DNA of 64,000 nt from an uncultured Gammaproteobacteria bacterium (GCA_964497535.1 CAZCCG010000003.1:133499-197498); one strand, 5' to 3'; positions 9,728 to 19,942 are shown, counted from the first letter of the stretch. The notes: generated from the sequence alone by a model not told the origin. A program made the numbers and translations.

Positions 9728-10905
9728 GATTGAGGGGTAAGCAGTATGCCTGAGCCCGGTTGTACGCGGATTTTTCCGTTCGAGTATACTGTAGCAGAGT
9801 TTATAACTACTTTTGTTATTTTCCCCTGTACTTTCCAGCCCTCAAATGGGGTCCATTTGCATTTCGTATAAAGATTTTCCTTCTTCAGTTCATACGTAGT
9901 ATCCATATCGATTTCGATATATGTGTTTTCCTGTTTCGGTACTTTAAAACATTCTTGGGGACCGTTATGGCACAGCCTTATAACATCTTCTAGAGTCAGG
10001 CGTTTTTGGGAAACGGCAGTCAAAAGGAGTGGAAGAGTTGTCTCAAGCCCCGGTACTCCAAATGGAATTGGAGCGGGCGGGTCCTGCCGCTCGTCACCCC
10101 CAACCCACGTCCTCACATTCATTGCGGGCGCTGGTTGAAGGTCCCCCACTCGCGTCACCCGCCCTTCAATGAGTGCTTTTCCAAGCTTTTCCTCAGTTGT
10201 ATGAGGGGCATGGTCTGATTCTACACAGTCAATATATGATAGGTTATTCCAGAGATAATCCACATCTTTCTGGGATTTTAAATACGGTTTCATTTTGCCA
10301 AATGGTCCTAATTTTCGCCCATCTGTTGCTGTTAAAAAGAGATGGTGAGGAGTAACGCCGCAGGTTACGCTTAATCCCTGCCCTTTTGCCTGTTTGATCT
10401 GTTCCAAATCTGATTGTGTTGAGATGTGGCAAAAGTGAATTTTTTGTCCAATCTGTTTGCTCAGTTGTATGCAAAAAGCGACTGCATCGTCTTCTGCATG
10501 AAGAAGAACCGGTTTGTGCGGATTTGCTTGGTGCCAGGCAGTAAAAATTTTTTTAAGCTGTGTTTTATCGATCAAAAAGTTGCCGGTGGTTTCATTTAAA
10601 TATACTTTTAGTCCAAACACAGATGGAGCTACTTTTTTAAACTCTATCAAATTATCTCCTAATGTCCCAAAATAGAAACCAATATTACAAACTATTTGTT
10701 TTTGTGCAAGAGAGATTTTTTCATCAAGCCGTTTCTGGGTTGTAATAGGAATAGTATTATTTGGCATATCCAAAACTGTTGTGAATCCTCCGGCTACTGC
10801 TGCACAGGTACCGGTATAGAAATCTTCTTTCTGCTCTTGTCCGGGAGTCCGCAAATGTACATGAGGATCAATAAGGCCTGGAAGTTTTAGTATGTTCATA
10901 CCCAT
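9724..10905 (-). CDS. pyrC: dihydroorotase (cyclic amidohydrolase)
   Basis: Metal-binding start LIDPHVHLRTPG and later HAED/DHAPH motifs are present. It is co-linear with pyrB, carA and carB. Confidence 0.8.
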   Translation of the reverse strand: MGMNILKLPGLIDPHVHLRTPGQEQKEDFYTGTCAAVAGGFTTVLDMPNNTIPITTQKRLDEKISLAQKQIVCNIGFYFGTLGDNLIEFKKVAPSVFGLKVYLNETTGNFLIDKTQLKKIFTAWHQANPHKPVLLHAEDDAVAFCIQLSKQIGQKIHFCHISTQSDLEQIKQAKGQGLSVTCGVTPHHLFLTATDGRKLGPFGKMKPYLKSQKDVDYLWNNLSYIDCVESDHAPHTTEEKLGKALIEGRVTRVGDLQPAPAMNVRTWVGGDERQDPPAPIPFGVPGLETTLPLLLTAVSQKRLTLEDVIRLCHNGPQECFKVPKQENTYIEIDMDTTYELKKENLYTKCKWTPFEGWKVQGKITKVVINSATVYSNGKIRVQPGSGILLTPQS

Positions 10906-13900
10906 TGTAGTTTGTAATCTTGCCAGGAACGGATATGCAGATCTTTCAACGATTTATGAGTAATTGCTTCTATGAATAATTCTGCTTTTTTTAAATCTGT
11001 AAATAGTTGAATGTTGTAGTCTGTTGCTGCACGGCGAATCTGATAATCATCATTAATATCTTTTTTATACCCTCGGTCTACAATATTAATGGCCAGGTCT
11101 ACTTTTCCTGTTTGGAAAATGGTGAGAGTATTGGGAGAGTGTTTCTCATGAATTTTGTAGAGTTTCTTTGTCTTAATTCCCTGTTTGTGCAGAAATTGAG
11201 AGGTATTTTCCGTACCATAGAGTGGAAGGTTTAATGACAATAGTTTTTTTACACTTTCTAAAAAAAGTATTTTATTTGTGTCACCACCGAGGCTGATAAA
11301 TATTCCTTTTTGAGGTATTTTTGCTCCTACCGATAGTTCTGCCTTGAGAAATGCTTCTTCCACATCGTCCCCAAAGCATGCTACCTCACCCGTTGAGGCC
11401 ATTTCCACATCAAGTACCGGATCTGCTCCCGAAAGTCTGGCAAATGAAAACTGAGCTACTTTTGTAGCAACATAGTCATAATCCAAAAAGTTTCTGGGTA
11501 CTTCAGCTACCTCTTTTTTGAAAAATGCATCAGTTGCAAGCTTTATCATATCAATCCCTGTTACTTTTGAAATGAAAGGAAAGGTGCGAGAAGAACGCAA
11601 ATTAATTTCTATAACCATAATTTCATTGTCTTTTGACAGAAGTTGCATATTAAACGGTCCGGTGATTTCCAGTGCTTTTGCGATGCTATAGGTAATCTTT
11701 TTGATTTTCCGAAGTGTATCCAAATAGAGTTTTTGTGCGGGTAGAACAATCGATGCATCTCCTGAATGGACTCCCGCATTTTCTATATGTTCTGAAACAA
11801 TATAGGTAAGCACCGCGCCGTTTTTCGCAACACTGTCAACTTCCAGTTCTTTTGCGTTTTCAATAAATTTAGAAACGGTTATAGGATATTCATCAGATAT
11901 ATGGGCAGTTGCGTGTACATATTGTTGCAGGTCATCATTGGTATTACATATTTTCATATAACTGCCCGATAATACAAAAGATGGACGAGTAAGTACGGGA
12001 TATCCTACCTCTTGTGCAAATGAAATTGCGTCCTCGATTGTTGAGAATTTATTCCATGGAGGCTGTTGAATATTGAGGCTGTCAAGCAGTGAGGAAAATT
12101 TGCTTCGGTCCTCTGCCCGATCGATATTGGCCGGATCAGTCCCCACAATTTTAAATCCATATGCTTTCAGTGCTTTTGCGCGATTATTGGGAGTTTGTCC
12201 CCCTACCGATACAATTACTCCATCCGGTTGTTCAAATTCATAAATGTCAGCGATGCGTTCGAACGTAAGCTCTTCAAAATACAGTCTGTCTGCAATATCA
12301 TAATCGGTTGAAACAGTTTCGGGATTACAGTTAATCGTAATCGATTTTTTTCCATAGTCTTTTAAAGCCATAATGGTTCGTACACTGGTCCAATCAAATT
12401 CTACCGATGAACCGATTCGATAGGGACCGGATCCCAGAACAATGACCCCTACGTTCCCAAGCTTTTTTATATCATTATGGCTTCCGTTATAGGTCAGGTA
12501 TAAATAATTTGTTTTTGCGGGGAATTCCCCTGCTAATGTGTCTATTTGAAAAACAGAAGGAAGGATGTCATAGTCTTTGCGTAGCTTTCTTACTTCCAGT
12601 CCTGTTTTTCCGATAAGAATACCGATTCTTTTATCCGAAAATCCGTTTTGTTTGAGAGTAAGTAACAATTCTTTTGAGACGGCGTGGCTCTTTTGCGATT
12701 GTTTTAACAGTGACTGTTCTAAATCGACTATGTTTTTAATCCTGAATAAAAACCAGGGATCAATTCCTGTCAAGTGGTACGCTTCCTCAATTGACATCTC
12801 ATTATAAAATGCATGTGATATGGCAAATATACGGTTTGGGGTGGGATGTTTGAGAAGAGTTGAAATATTTGCAGATGATAATTTGCCGGTATCAAAAAGT
12901 GTCTCATTTACTGCTCCTTCAAAATCCAAATCGAGCATTCGGATGGCTTTTTGATATGCTTCCTCGAAGGTACGCCCGATACCCATTACTTCCCCCACTG
13001 ATTTCATACTGCTTCCTATCACCTCTTCTGCTCCTTTAAATTTGTCAATATCCCACCGGGGAATTTTAACTGTTATATAGTCAAGTGCCGGTTCAAAACA
13101 AAATTGAGTTGCCTGGGTTACTTTATTTTGAAGTTGCGTCAGCGTATATCCCAGGGCAAGTTTGGCCGCCACATAGGCAAGCGGATAGCCCGTGGCTTTA
13201 CTGGCAAGCGCTGAGCTTCGCGAAAGCCTGGCATTCATTTCAATGACATAATAGTCAAAGGTTTTTTTACCGGCTTTAACACCTGGATGAGGGTTGAGAG
13301 CAAATTGTACATTACACTCGCCTACTACTCCGAGACTTCTCACAATTTTTATGGCTGCATCGCGAAGCGAGTGATATTCAAAATTGGTAAGGGTTTGACT
13401 GGGTGCTACTACAATAGATTCTCCGGTATGTATTCCCAATGGATCCATATTTTCCATATTACATACCGTGATACAATTATCGGCGCTGTCCCGAACAACT
13501 TCATATTCAATCTCTTTGAAATGATGTAAGTATTGTTCCACTAAAATTTGTGAGACAAAAGAAAACGCATGTGATGCAATTGAAACAAGTTCTTTTTCCG
13601 AAGCTGCAATTCCACTCCCCTGCCCGCCCAAAGCAAATCCTGCTCGAAGCATAACAGGATATCCGATTGACTGTGCAATCTTTTTTGCCTCTCCTACATT
13701 TTTTGCGGTTTTGCTTAAGGGTGTTGGAATAGTCAGTGTATGAAGATGCTGGGCGAATTCTTTCCGGTCTTCTGTGAGTTGAATTGTCTCAACAGGAGTT
13801 CCTAATACTTTCACATTATTTTTTTTCAATATGCCCTTTTTATACAGTTCCAGTCCGCAGTTGAGTGCTGTTTGGCCGCCAAATGACAGGAAGACTCCAT

Positions 13901-14150
13901 CTGGTTTTTCTTTTTCTATGACTTTTTCTACAAAATAGACATTGACAGGCAGAAAATAGACAATATCTGCCATAAATTTGGATGTTTGGACCGTTGCAAT
14001 ATTGGGGTTTACCAGTACTGTCTGGATTCCTTCTTCTTTCAGAGCTTTGATTGCCTGAGAGCCTGAGTAATCAAATTCTCCTGCTTCCCCAATCTTTAAA
14101 GCTCCACTTCCCAATACAAGAATTTTTTTATATTTTGAATTATGAATCAT
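10896..14150 (-). CDS. carB: carbamoyl-phosphate synthase large subunit
   Basis: 1084 aa with two ATP-grasp halves and an MGS-like C-terminus. Diagnostic segments such as ECNVQFALNP and PRWDIDKF are present. Confidence 0.95.
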   Translation of the reverse strand: MIHNSKYKKILVLGSGALKIGEAGEFDYSGSQAIKALKEEGIQTVLVNPNIATVQTSKFMADIVYFLPVNVYFVEKVIEKEKPDGVFLSFGGQTALNCGLELYKKGILKKNNVKVLGTPVETIQLTEDRKEFAQHLHTLTIPTPLSKTAKNVGEAKKIAQSIGYPVMLRAGFALGGQGSGIAASEKELVSIASHAFSFVSQILVEQYLHHFKEIEYEVVRDSADNCITVCNMENMDPLGIHTGESIVVAPSQTLTNFEYHSLRDAAIKIVRSLGVVGECNVQFALNPHPGVKAGKKTFDYYVIEMNARLSRSSALASKATGYPLAYVAAKLALGYTLTQLQNKVTQATQFCFEPALDYITVKIPRWDIDKFKGAEEVIGSSMKSVGEVMGIGRTFEEAYQKAIRMLDLDFEGAVNETLFDTGKLSSANISTLLKHPTPNRIFAISHAFYNEMSIEEAYHLTGIDPWFLFRIKNIVDLEQSLLKQSQKSHAVSKELLLTLKQNGFSDKRIGILIGKTGLEVRKLRKDYDILPSVFQIDTLAGEFPAKTNYLYLTYNGSHNDIKKLGNVGVIVLGSGPYRIGSSVEFDWTSVRTIMALKDYGKKSITINCNPETVSTDYDIADRLYFEELTFERIADIYEFEQPDGVIVSVGGQTPNNRAKALKAYGFKIVGTDPANIDRAEDRSKFSSLLDSLNIQQPPWNKFSTIEDAISFAQEVGYPVLTRPSFVLSGSYMKICNTNDDLQQYVHATAHISDEYPITVSKFIENAKELEVDSVAKNGAVLTYIVSEHIENAGVHSGDASIVLPAQKLYLDTLRKIKKITYSIAKALEITGPFNMQLLSKDNEIMVIEINLRSSRTFPFISKVTGIDMIKLATDAFFKKEVAEVPRNFLDYDYVATKVAQFSFARLSGADPVLDVEMASTGEVACFGDDVEEAFLKAELSVGAKIPQKGIFISLGGDTNKILFLESVKKLLSLNLPLYGTENTSQFLHKQGIKTKKLYKIHEKHSPNTLTIFQTGKVDLAINIVDRGYKKDINDDYQIRRAATDYNIQLFTDLKKAELFIEAITHKSLKDLHIRSWQDYKLQWV

Positions 14151-14557
14151 GAGTTATGAATAAAGGTTTTAGATTTTTTAATTAAGCCATTTAAAAGTTT
14201 GCTAACGACAATAGTTTTCTCCTCTGAGTTTTTAAAGATCACGTCTGAAATATAATGAATATCTTTTGCAATTAATAGTTGATTTTGGACTTCTGTTAAA
14301 GAACCTAACGCCATTGAATAAAATTGAATTTTTTCTTTATAAGAGGTTCTGCTAAAGCCTTCAGCTATATTGGACGTGATAGAGACAGCAGCTCTTCTTA
14401 ATTGGTTCGTTAATCCAAACTGTTCATTTTTGGGAAATTCGGATGTCAATTTATAAATTTCTAATACAAGCATATGCCCTTCTTTCCAAGCATTTAAATC
14501 TTTAAATGATTTTATCGCTGTGTCCATAATTCATAATTCTTACTTCATAATTCATTT
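14135..14557 (-). mobile_element. inverted-repeat-flanked cassette carrying a four-helix-bundle gene, inserted between carA and carB
   Basis: Arms GAATTATGAA-type (14525-14557) and TTCATAAYTCAT-type (14135-14166) are in inverted orientation. ATTCATAACTCA/ATTCATAATTCA is a tandem duplicate at the carB start. Confidence 0.45.
14147..14527 (-). CDS. four-helix-bundle protein (23S rRNA intervening-sequence protein family, TIGR02436-like)
   Basis: 126 aa, all-helical, with the NIAEGFSR motif typical of this family. It sits between carA and carB. Confidence 0.75.
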   Translation of the reverse strand: MDTAIKSFKDLNAWKEGHMLVLEIYKLTSEFPKNEQFGLTNQLRRAAVSITSNIAEGFSRTSYKEKIQFYSMALGSLTEVQNQLLIAKDIHYISDVIFKNSEEKTIVVSKLLNGLIKKSKTFIHNS

Positions 14558-15576
14558 AGGAAGTAATCAAATATCCATTCCGCATCGGTTGGTCCCGGGG
14601 TGGCTTCCGGATGAAATTGTACAGACATAAGTGGTAATTTTTTATGTTTTATTCCTTCATTTGTATTGTCATTGGCATTGGTAAACCATGCTTCGAATCC
14701 CGAAGGAATTGTATCAACCGCAAATCCATGATTTTGAGTAGTAATAAAACAACGCTTGGAATTTGTCATCAGACAGGGTTGGTTTTGACTGCGATGTCCG
14801 TATTTGAGTTTTTTAGTATCACCACCGGCTGCAAGGGTGAGTAATTGATGTCCGAGACAAATCCCCAATATAGGAATATTTTTATGCAGTGCTTTTTGGA
14901 TGATTTTGACTGTTGCTGTTGCAAATTTAGGGTCACCGGGGCCATTGGAAATAAGCAAACCGTCAAATGATACGTTATCTGCAAATGGGTCATAGTTCCA
15001 TGGAACGGTAATAACAGTAACTCCCCGTTTTAGCAAACTATTTTCAATATTTCGTTTTGCACCGCAATCAATGAGTGCAATTTTTTTTCCTCCGTGTCCT
15101 TTTTTCAATACTTTCTTTGTTGAGACTTGCGAGACGAGATTGTCACCGTTAGGATCATACCAGGGAATATCCTGATCAAATATAATTTTCCCCAGCATTG
15201 TTCCTTTATCTCGTATTTTTTGAGTAAGAAGTCGTGTGTCTTTTATTTGGATCAGTGGAATATGTTCATCTCTAAACCATTGAGCGAGCGTTTTTTGGCT
15301 TTGGAAATGCGAGGGGGTATCGATATAGTCACTTACAATCAGACCCGATACCATAATATGATCTGACTCCCAAAATATTTTCTCCGGTACTCCGTAGTTT
15401 CCAATCAGAGGATAGGTAAGAGTCAATATCTGTCCTTTATATGATGGATCAGTAAGGCTTTCGGGATATCCCATCATCCCGGTCGAAAAAACAACTTCTC
15501 CAGCTTTTCCCGTAGTATCACCAAATGACTGTGCTTCAAATTCCGATTTATCCTCAAGTATTAGCTTAGCTCTCAT
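14545..15576 (-). CDS. carA: carbamoyl-phosphate synthase small subunit (glutamine amidotransferase)
   Basis: N-terminal CPSase small-chain domain is present. The GATase triad region reads GICLGHQLL ... HGFAV. Confidence 0.9.
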   Translation of the reverse strand: MRAKLILEDKSEFEAQSFGDTTGKAGEVVFSTGMMGYPESLTDPSYKGQILTLTYPLIGNYGVPEKIFWESDHIMVSGLIVSDYIDTPSHFQSQKTLAQWFRDEHIPLIQIKDTRLLTQKIRDKGTMLGKIIFDQDIPWYDPNGDNLVSQVSTKKVLKKGHGGKKIALIDCGAKRNIENSLLKRGVTVITVPWNYDPFADNVSFDGLLISNGPGDPKFATATVKIIQKALHKNIPILGICLGHQLLTLAAGGDTKKLKYGHRSQNQPCLMTNSKRCFITTQNHGFAVDTIPSGFEAWFTNANDNTNEGIKHKKLPLMSVQFHPEATPGPTDAEWIFDYFLNEL

Positions 15577-15633
15577 ATCTAATTTTCAATTTAAAATTTT
15601 AAATTTTCAATGAAATCCCAATATTCAATTTGA

Positions 15634-15648
15634 AATGTTTCAAACATT
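15634..15648. promoter_or_regulatory. perfect 15-nt palindrome AATGTTTCAAACATT in the pyrB-carA spacer (candidate operator/RNA hairpin)
   Basis: Seen directly. It lies in an AT-rich spacer that also holds several AAAATTCAA-like motifs. Confidence 0.2.
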
Positions 15649-15687
15649 AAAAATTAGACAAATGAAAATTCAATGAAAATTGCAAAT

Positions 15688-16650
15688 TTATAGTTTTCCA
15701 AGTACCAACCCCAGGAGGGCCATTCTTACATACATGCCGTTTTGTACTTGTGACCGTAGATATACAGCTCGTGGATCTCCATCTATTTCTGTATGAATTT
15801 CGTCAATACGGGGAAGAGCATGCATAATAATGCTCCTCTTTTTCATATGAGAGGCAAGATTGTTATCAACTACATATTTCCCTTTTACTTTATTGTAGAG
15901 ATCTACCGGCATAAATTCTTTCTTCACGCGAGTTACATATAATACATCAGTATCTCCAATCACAGAATGAATATCTGAATCTTGATTAAAGCTCACTTTT
16001 CTATCTGTTAAATATCTTTTTGTCTCGGCATTGAGAGACACTTCTGGAGGAGAAATAAAACTCATTGTAATATTTGGAAAAAGAGTTAGTACTTTTGCAA
16101 GCGAATTGACTGGACGATAATGGGCAAGTTCTCCCAAGAATGTAATATGGAGATTTTCTAATTTTCCTAATTCTTCTTGGATAGTATAGAGGTCATACAA
16201 TGCCTGTGTTGGGTGTTCACCAATTCCCTCGCCGGCATTGATAATAGGGATAGTTGTAACGCGGGCCGCACGTTGCATTGATCCGAGTTCCGGATGACGC
16301 ATAACAATAACATCACTATATGCACTAAAGGTTTGTATTGTATCTTCAAGTGTCTCCCCTTTTGCTACTGAAGATTGTGCCATTGCTTGCAGCGGGATAA
16401 ATCCTCCTCCGAGTCTCTGCATGCCGGCTACAAACGATCCAAAGGTTCTGCTGCTGGGTTCAAAAAAAAGAGCAGCCATTATTTTATTCTTAAGTAGGTC
16501 GGTTCCTCCTTTTTGAAGGACGAGGTGTTTTATTTCTTCTGCCTTTTGGAGGACGAGTTGCAGGTCTTGTTTTGAAAATTGTTCTGAGGATAGAATATCT
16601 TTACCGTTAAAATTTCCGTTTATCTTGTCAGATCCAATGGGTGTAGTCAT
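15688..16650 (-). CDS. pyrB: aspartate carbamoyltransferase catalytic subunit
   Basis: The carbamoyl-phosphate-binding motif FFEPSSRTFGSF and the HPxQ region are present. I chose the ATG at 16650; the ORF track starts at a GTG at 16665. Confidence 0.9.
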   Translation of the reverse strand: MTTPIGSDKINGNFNGKDILSSEQFSKQDLQLVLQKAEEIKHLVLQKGGTDLLKNKIMAALFFEPSSRTFGSFVAGMQRLGGGFIPLQAMAQSSVAKGETLEDTIQTFSAYSDVIVMRHPELGSMQRAARVTTIPIINAGEGIGEHPTQALYDLYTIQEELGKLENLHITFLGELAHYRPVNSLAKVLTLFPNITMSFISPPEVSLNAETKRYLTDRKVSFNQDSDIHSVIGDTDVLYVTRVKKEFMPVDLYNKVKGKYVVDNNLASHMKKRSIIMHALPRIDEIHTEIDGDPRAVYLRSQVQNGMYVRMALLGLVLGKL

Positions 16651-16728
16651 AAAAAAACAGAGCACGTGCGGAACTGGCTCTGAGGACTTAGTTTACAGAA
16701 AAATATTATATGATGTCAAGCATTCAAA

Positions 16729-17673
16729 CTATACCAAACTCTCAAACCGTTGTACCTCTTCAATCAGTTTGTCTTCCAAAGCTTCGTCAGATGATGAATG
16801 TCCTGAAATAACAAAAGAAAGTTTTGAATTCTTAATTTGCTTATGGAGATTATATGCATTGATTGGCGGACAGACAAAGTCATATCTACCATGAACAATT
16901 GATACCGGTACATCAGATAATACATGAGCATTTTTAAGAATATAATTATCTTCCAGAAAACATTTATTAACTATATAATGGATTTCAATCAGTGACATGG
17001 CAAAGTCAAAGTCGTTTTTTAACTCTTCTTCAAATGCAGTTATAGAAGTATTATTCATTTTGGTTATAAATCCTTCATAAAGATCCCATTCAAATGCATA
17101 TTTGTCTCGATTTTTTTGATCCCCTGTCGTCATCTTTTCATAGTAATATGCAATTGCATTGTTTCTCTTTTCTGACGGGACAAGATGCATAAATCGTTCC
17201 CAACTTTCCGGGAAAAAGTTCTGTATGGTGTTGTCAAAGTGGTAATCATCATCTTTGTTGCACAGAAAAATACCCCGCACAATGATGCCTGATACACGTT
17301 CTCTGTTTTGTATTGCATAGACAAGTGCCAGAGTTGATCCCCAGGAACCACCAAAGAGTACTGCCTTATCAATCTTTAATGAATCAAGTAGTTTGTTCAT
17401 ATCATCTACTAAATCTTTCGTAGTATTGTTCTTCAAAGATGCGTGCGGTCTACTTCTTCCTGATCCTCGTTGGTCAAAGAGTATTACATTCCATATTTTG
17501 GGGTCAAAGAATCGCTTGGCTTCATCACTAAAACCGATACCTGGTCCCCCATGGACAAAAAGAAGTGGTTTTCCATTGGGATTGCCATAACACTCATAAT
17601 ATAATTCATATCCATCCCCCACTTTTAAATAGCCATTTTTATATGTATTTTGTTGGTGGTAAGTTTCACTCAT
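16729..17673 (-). CDS. pip: proline iminopeptidase (S33 alpha/beta hydrolase)
   Basis: LLFVHGGPGIGF ... GGSWGSTLAL (nucleophile elbow GxSxG) with typical prolyl aminopeptidase spacing. Confidence 0.8.
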   Translation of the reverse strand: MSETYHQQNTYKNGYLKVGDGYELYYECYGNPNGKPLLFVHGGPGIGFSDEAKRFFDPKIWNVILFDQRGSGRSRPHASLKNNTTKDLVDDMNKLLDSLKIDKAVLFGGSWGSTLALVYAIQNRERVSGIIVRGIFLCNKDDDYHFDNTIQNFFPESWERFMHLVPSEKRNNAIAYYYEKMTTGDQKNRDKYAFEWDLYEGFITKMNNTSITAFEEELKNDFDFAMSLIEIHYIVNKCFLEDNYILKNAHVLSDVPVSIVHGRYDFVCPPINAYNLHKQIKNSKLSFVISGHSSSDEALEDKLIEEVQRFESLV

Positions 17674-17675
17674 AG

Positions 17676-18662
17676 TTATCTGATAAAATCCAATGGATAA
17701 TCAATCCACCCTAAATTTTCTTCTCGTTTCATCCATACTCGTGCGATTCTTTGTTCTAAATCAGTAATCATTCTCCCAATTGTTCGTTCATTAAACAAAC
17801 TGTCCTTTGTCCCTTCTGAGGTATTACTCACGACGTGTGTAAGTTCATTCAGTATCATATGAGGTTTGACTAATTTGCAAGCATCATCATATCGTTCATA
17901 GGTACCCGTTGAGTTATCATTCTGTTCATATTTTTTAAGGCTTGGGTCTAAGTAGTGGTTTGTGTGTGCATAGGGAACGTCTGGTTGTAGCAGAACTGCT
18001 TCTGTTGCACTGCATTCAAGGTCGTATACGTGACCTTCTAAATTGGTGAAAACATGATTATATCCATTTGCCCGTTGGAATGTTTGTAGCCTTTTAAAAT
18101 CCTTTTCTAGATCATGAGTTTCTGATAGCCATCTGCCAATAACGTCCCTTGTTATGCCAACTTGGTGATCAGTATGAGTCATAGTATTAGTTGCCATAAC
18201 CCATCCAAATGAATTTACAGAACAGGATACTCCTCCTAACGTATTGTAATAAAAAAATTCCAGATTCGTGATACCGTTTACTGTTTTTTTAAGTAAACAG
18301 ATAAGATCCTCCGATCCTACCTCCCAATCTTCAGTATGTGCAAGCAGTTTCCCGTTATTGGTTACCATAATCGAGCACTTTTCCACATACTCAATATCAG
18401 TTTCAAGTCCCATGGTCCAAAATGAAAGAAAATCAATATTTGAAGCTTTTGCATAACCTTCCAGTTCTCTAAGATATTGGGGGAAGTAGTCTTTTATATA
18501 CGGAAGATAAACCTGGAATGCTTCAATCCTTTTTTTCCAATTGGCTTCGGAAGAAGCTCTCTTCAATTTTTCTCTGGCAACTTCACCAAACAATTCTCCT
18601 TTTTGTAATCCCAAGTCATAATCATCTTTTGCCGTAATCTCATAATAGTATTTATGTTTCAT
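17676..18662 (-). CDS. C45-family (acyl-CoA:6-aminopenicillanic-acid acyltransferase-like) Ntn-hydrolase
   Basis: N-terminal YxxGxxxGE-like start (YYEITAKDDYDLGLQKGELFGE) and a candidate nucleophile Cys in VEKCSIMV. Confidence 0.45.
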   Translation of the reverse strand: MKHKYYYEITAKDDYDLGLQKGELFGEVAREKLKRASSEANWKKRIEAFQVYLPYIKDYFPQYLRELEGYAKASNIDFLSFWTMGLETDIEYVEKCSIMVTNNGKLLAHTEDWEVGSEDLICLLKKTVNGITNLEFFYYNTLGGVSCSVNSFGWVMATNTMTHTDHQVGITRDVIGRWLSETHDLEKDFKRLQTFQRANGYNHVFTNLEGHVYDLECSATEAVLLQPDVPYAHTNHYLDPSLKKYEQNDNSTGTYERYDDACKLVKPHMILNELTHVVSNTSEGTKDSLFNERTIGRMITDLEQRIARVWMKREENLGWIDYPLDFIR

Positions 18663-18710
18663 GAGGTTATTCTATCAAATAGTGGAGGGTCATGATAGAA
18701 TCAGAAATAT

Positions 18711-19217
18711 ATGGAACAGGTGGATATTGTTGATGAGAATGATCGAGTATTTTCTTCGACTTCTAAGCAAGAAGCGCATGAAAAAGGTTTGCTTCATCGC
18801 ACGGTAATTTCCGAGGTGATAGATTCAAAAGGGCGATGGCTATTTGTAAAACAGTCATCAACTCGTCAGGACGCAGGGCAATATGTCTCCCCTGTTGGCG
18901 GACATGTGAAAGCTAAGGAATCAGAAGACGAAGCACTGCGGCGCGAAACGTTAGAAGAATTAGGAATAAAGGATTTCACTTTTCGTTTAGTAGGAAAGGC
19001 AATTTTTCAGCGTACTGTTCTTAACAGAAATGAAAATCATTTCTTTATTTTGTATGAGATAACTTCAGATGCACAGCCTGTTTTAAACCATGAATCAGAG
19101 AGTTATCAGTACTGGACTCGGGAAGAGATCAAAGAAGCTCTTAAAACAAATCCTGGGATGTTTGGGGATGCTTTCCACTTTGTCGTCAAGACCTTCTATC
19201 GTGATCTTTTAGGTTGA
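18711..19217 (+). CDS. NUDIX hydrolase
   Basis: Nudix box GGHVKAKESEDEALRRETLEELGI (Gx5Ex7REUxEExGU). Confidence 0.85.
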   Translation: MEQVDIVDENDRVFSSTSKQEAHEKGLLHRTVISEVIDSKGRWLFVKQSSTRQDAGQYVSPVGGHVKAKESEDEALRRETLEELGIKDFTFRLVGKAIFQRTVLNRNENHFFILYEITSDAQPVLNHESESYQYWTREEIKEALKTNPGMFGDAFHFVVKTFYRDLLG

Positions 19218-19387
19218 TGCTTATATTTATGAGTTTTCCCTTTTGGTTTAAATAAAAGTGACTTGATAAAATTCTTCTTTTTCTGTGCTTCACGTATATC
19301 TTTTGCAGCTTCTTTTTCAAAATCCGTAATCTCATCCAGATCATCCGCTTCTTCCTGAGTCATGATATCTTTTGGCTTGTCCCTCAT
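19196..19387 (-). CDS. small charged hypothetical protein
   Basis: 63 aa, acidic N-terminus and Lys-rich C-terminus. No motif found. Confidence 0.25.
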   Translation of the reverse strand: MRDKPKDIMTQEEADDLDEITDFEKEAAKDIREAQKKKNFIKSLLFKPKGKTHKYKHQPKRSR

Positions 19388-19432
19388 GACAGTATTGTAT
19401 CACTCCGCATACGTTGGCTGTATAATAAACCC

Positions 19433-19942
19433 ATGTGGATATTATTTGCTGCTTTAGGGCCATTGTTTTATAGTTTTACCAATATTATTGAGAAATTCCT
19501 GGTTGAAAAACGTATTAAAAATCTGTATACGATTGTTATTTTCAACAGTCTGTTCTTAGGTATCGTTGGTATACTGTTATGGATTTACCTGGGGTTTCCT
19601 GTCTTGCCTTTGAAAGAAACTATTTTTGCGCTTATTTCTGGATTCTTGTTGGCACTCTATATTCTTCCCTATTTGTATGTTCTGAATTTTGAAGAAGCTT
19701 CACGCGTTATTCCTCTCTATCAGTTTATTTCTGTATTCGTCTTATTGTTATCTTACTTCTTTTTGAATGAAGTATTGACTGCAAGACAACTATTGGCAGC
19801 TGTGCTTATTATTTGTGGTGGATTTCTTCTTTCACTTTTTATTCCTCACATTATAAAAGAAGATATTGCAAAATCTACGGTGGGAATTAAATTCATTTCT
19901 ATAACGATCATGTTTGTAGGATTGTATTTAATTAACACGTAG
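19433..19942 (+). CDS. EamA/DMT-superfamily-like membrane protein (single repeat)
   Basis: 169 aa with 5 TM helices and an EamA-like C-terminal helix LTARQLLAAVLIICGGFLLS. Confidence 0.4.
   Translation: MWILFAALGPLFYSFTNIIEKFLVEKRIKNLYTIVIFNSLFLGIVGILLWIYLGFPVLPLKETIFALISGFLLALYILPYLYVLNFEEASRVIPLYQFISVFVLLLSYFFLNEVLTARQLLAAVLIICGGFLLSLFIPHIIKEDIAKSTVGIKFISITIMFVGLYLINT

Noticed and set aside
12577-13529. Plus-strand small ORFs inside carB.
   Set aside because: They are shadow ORFs within carB.
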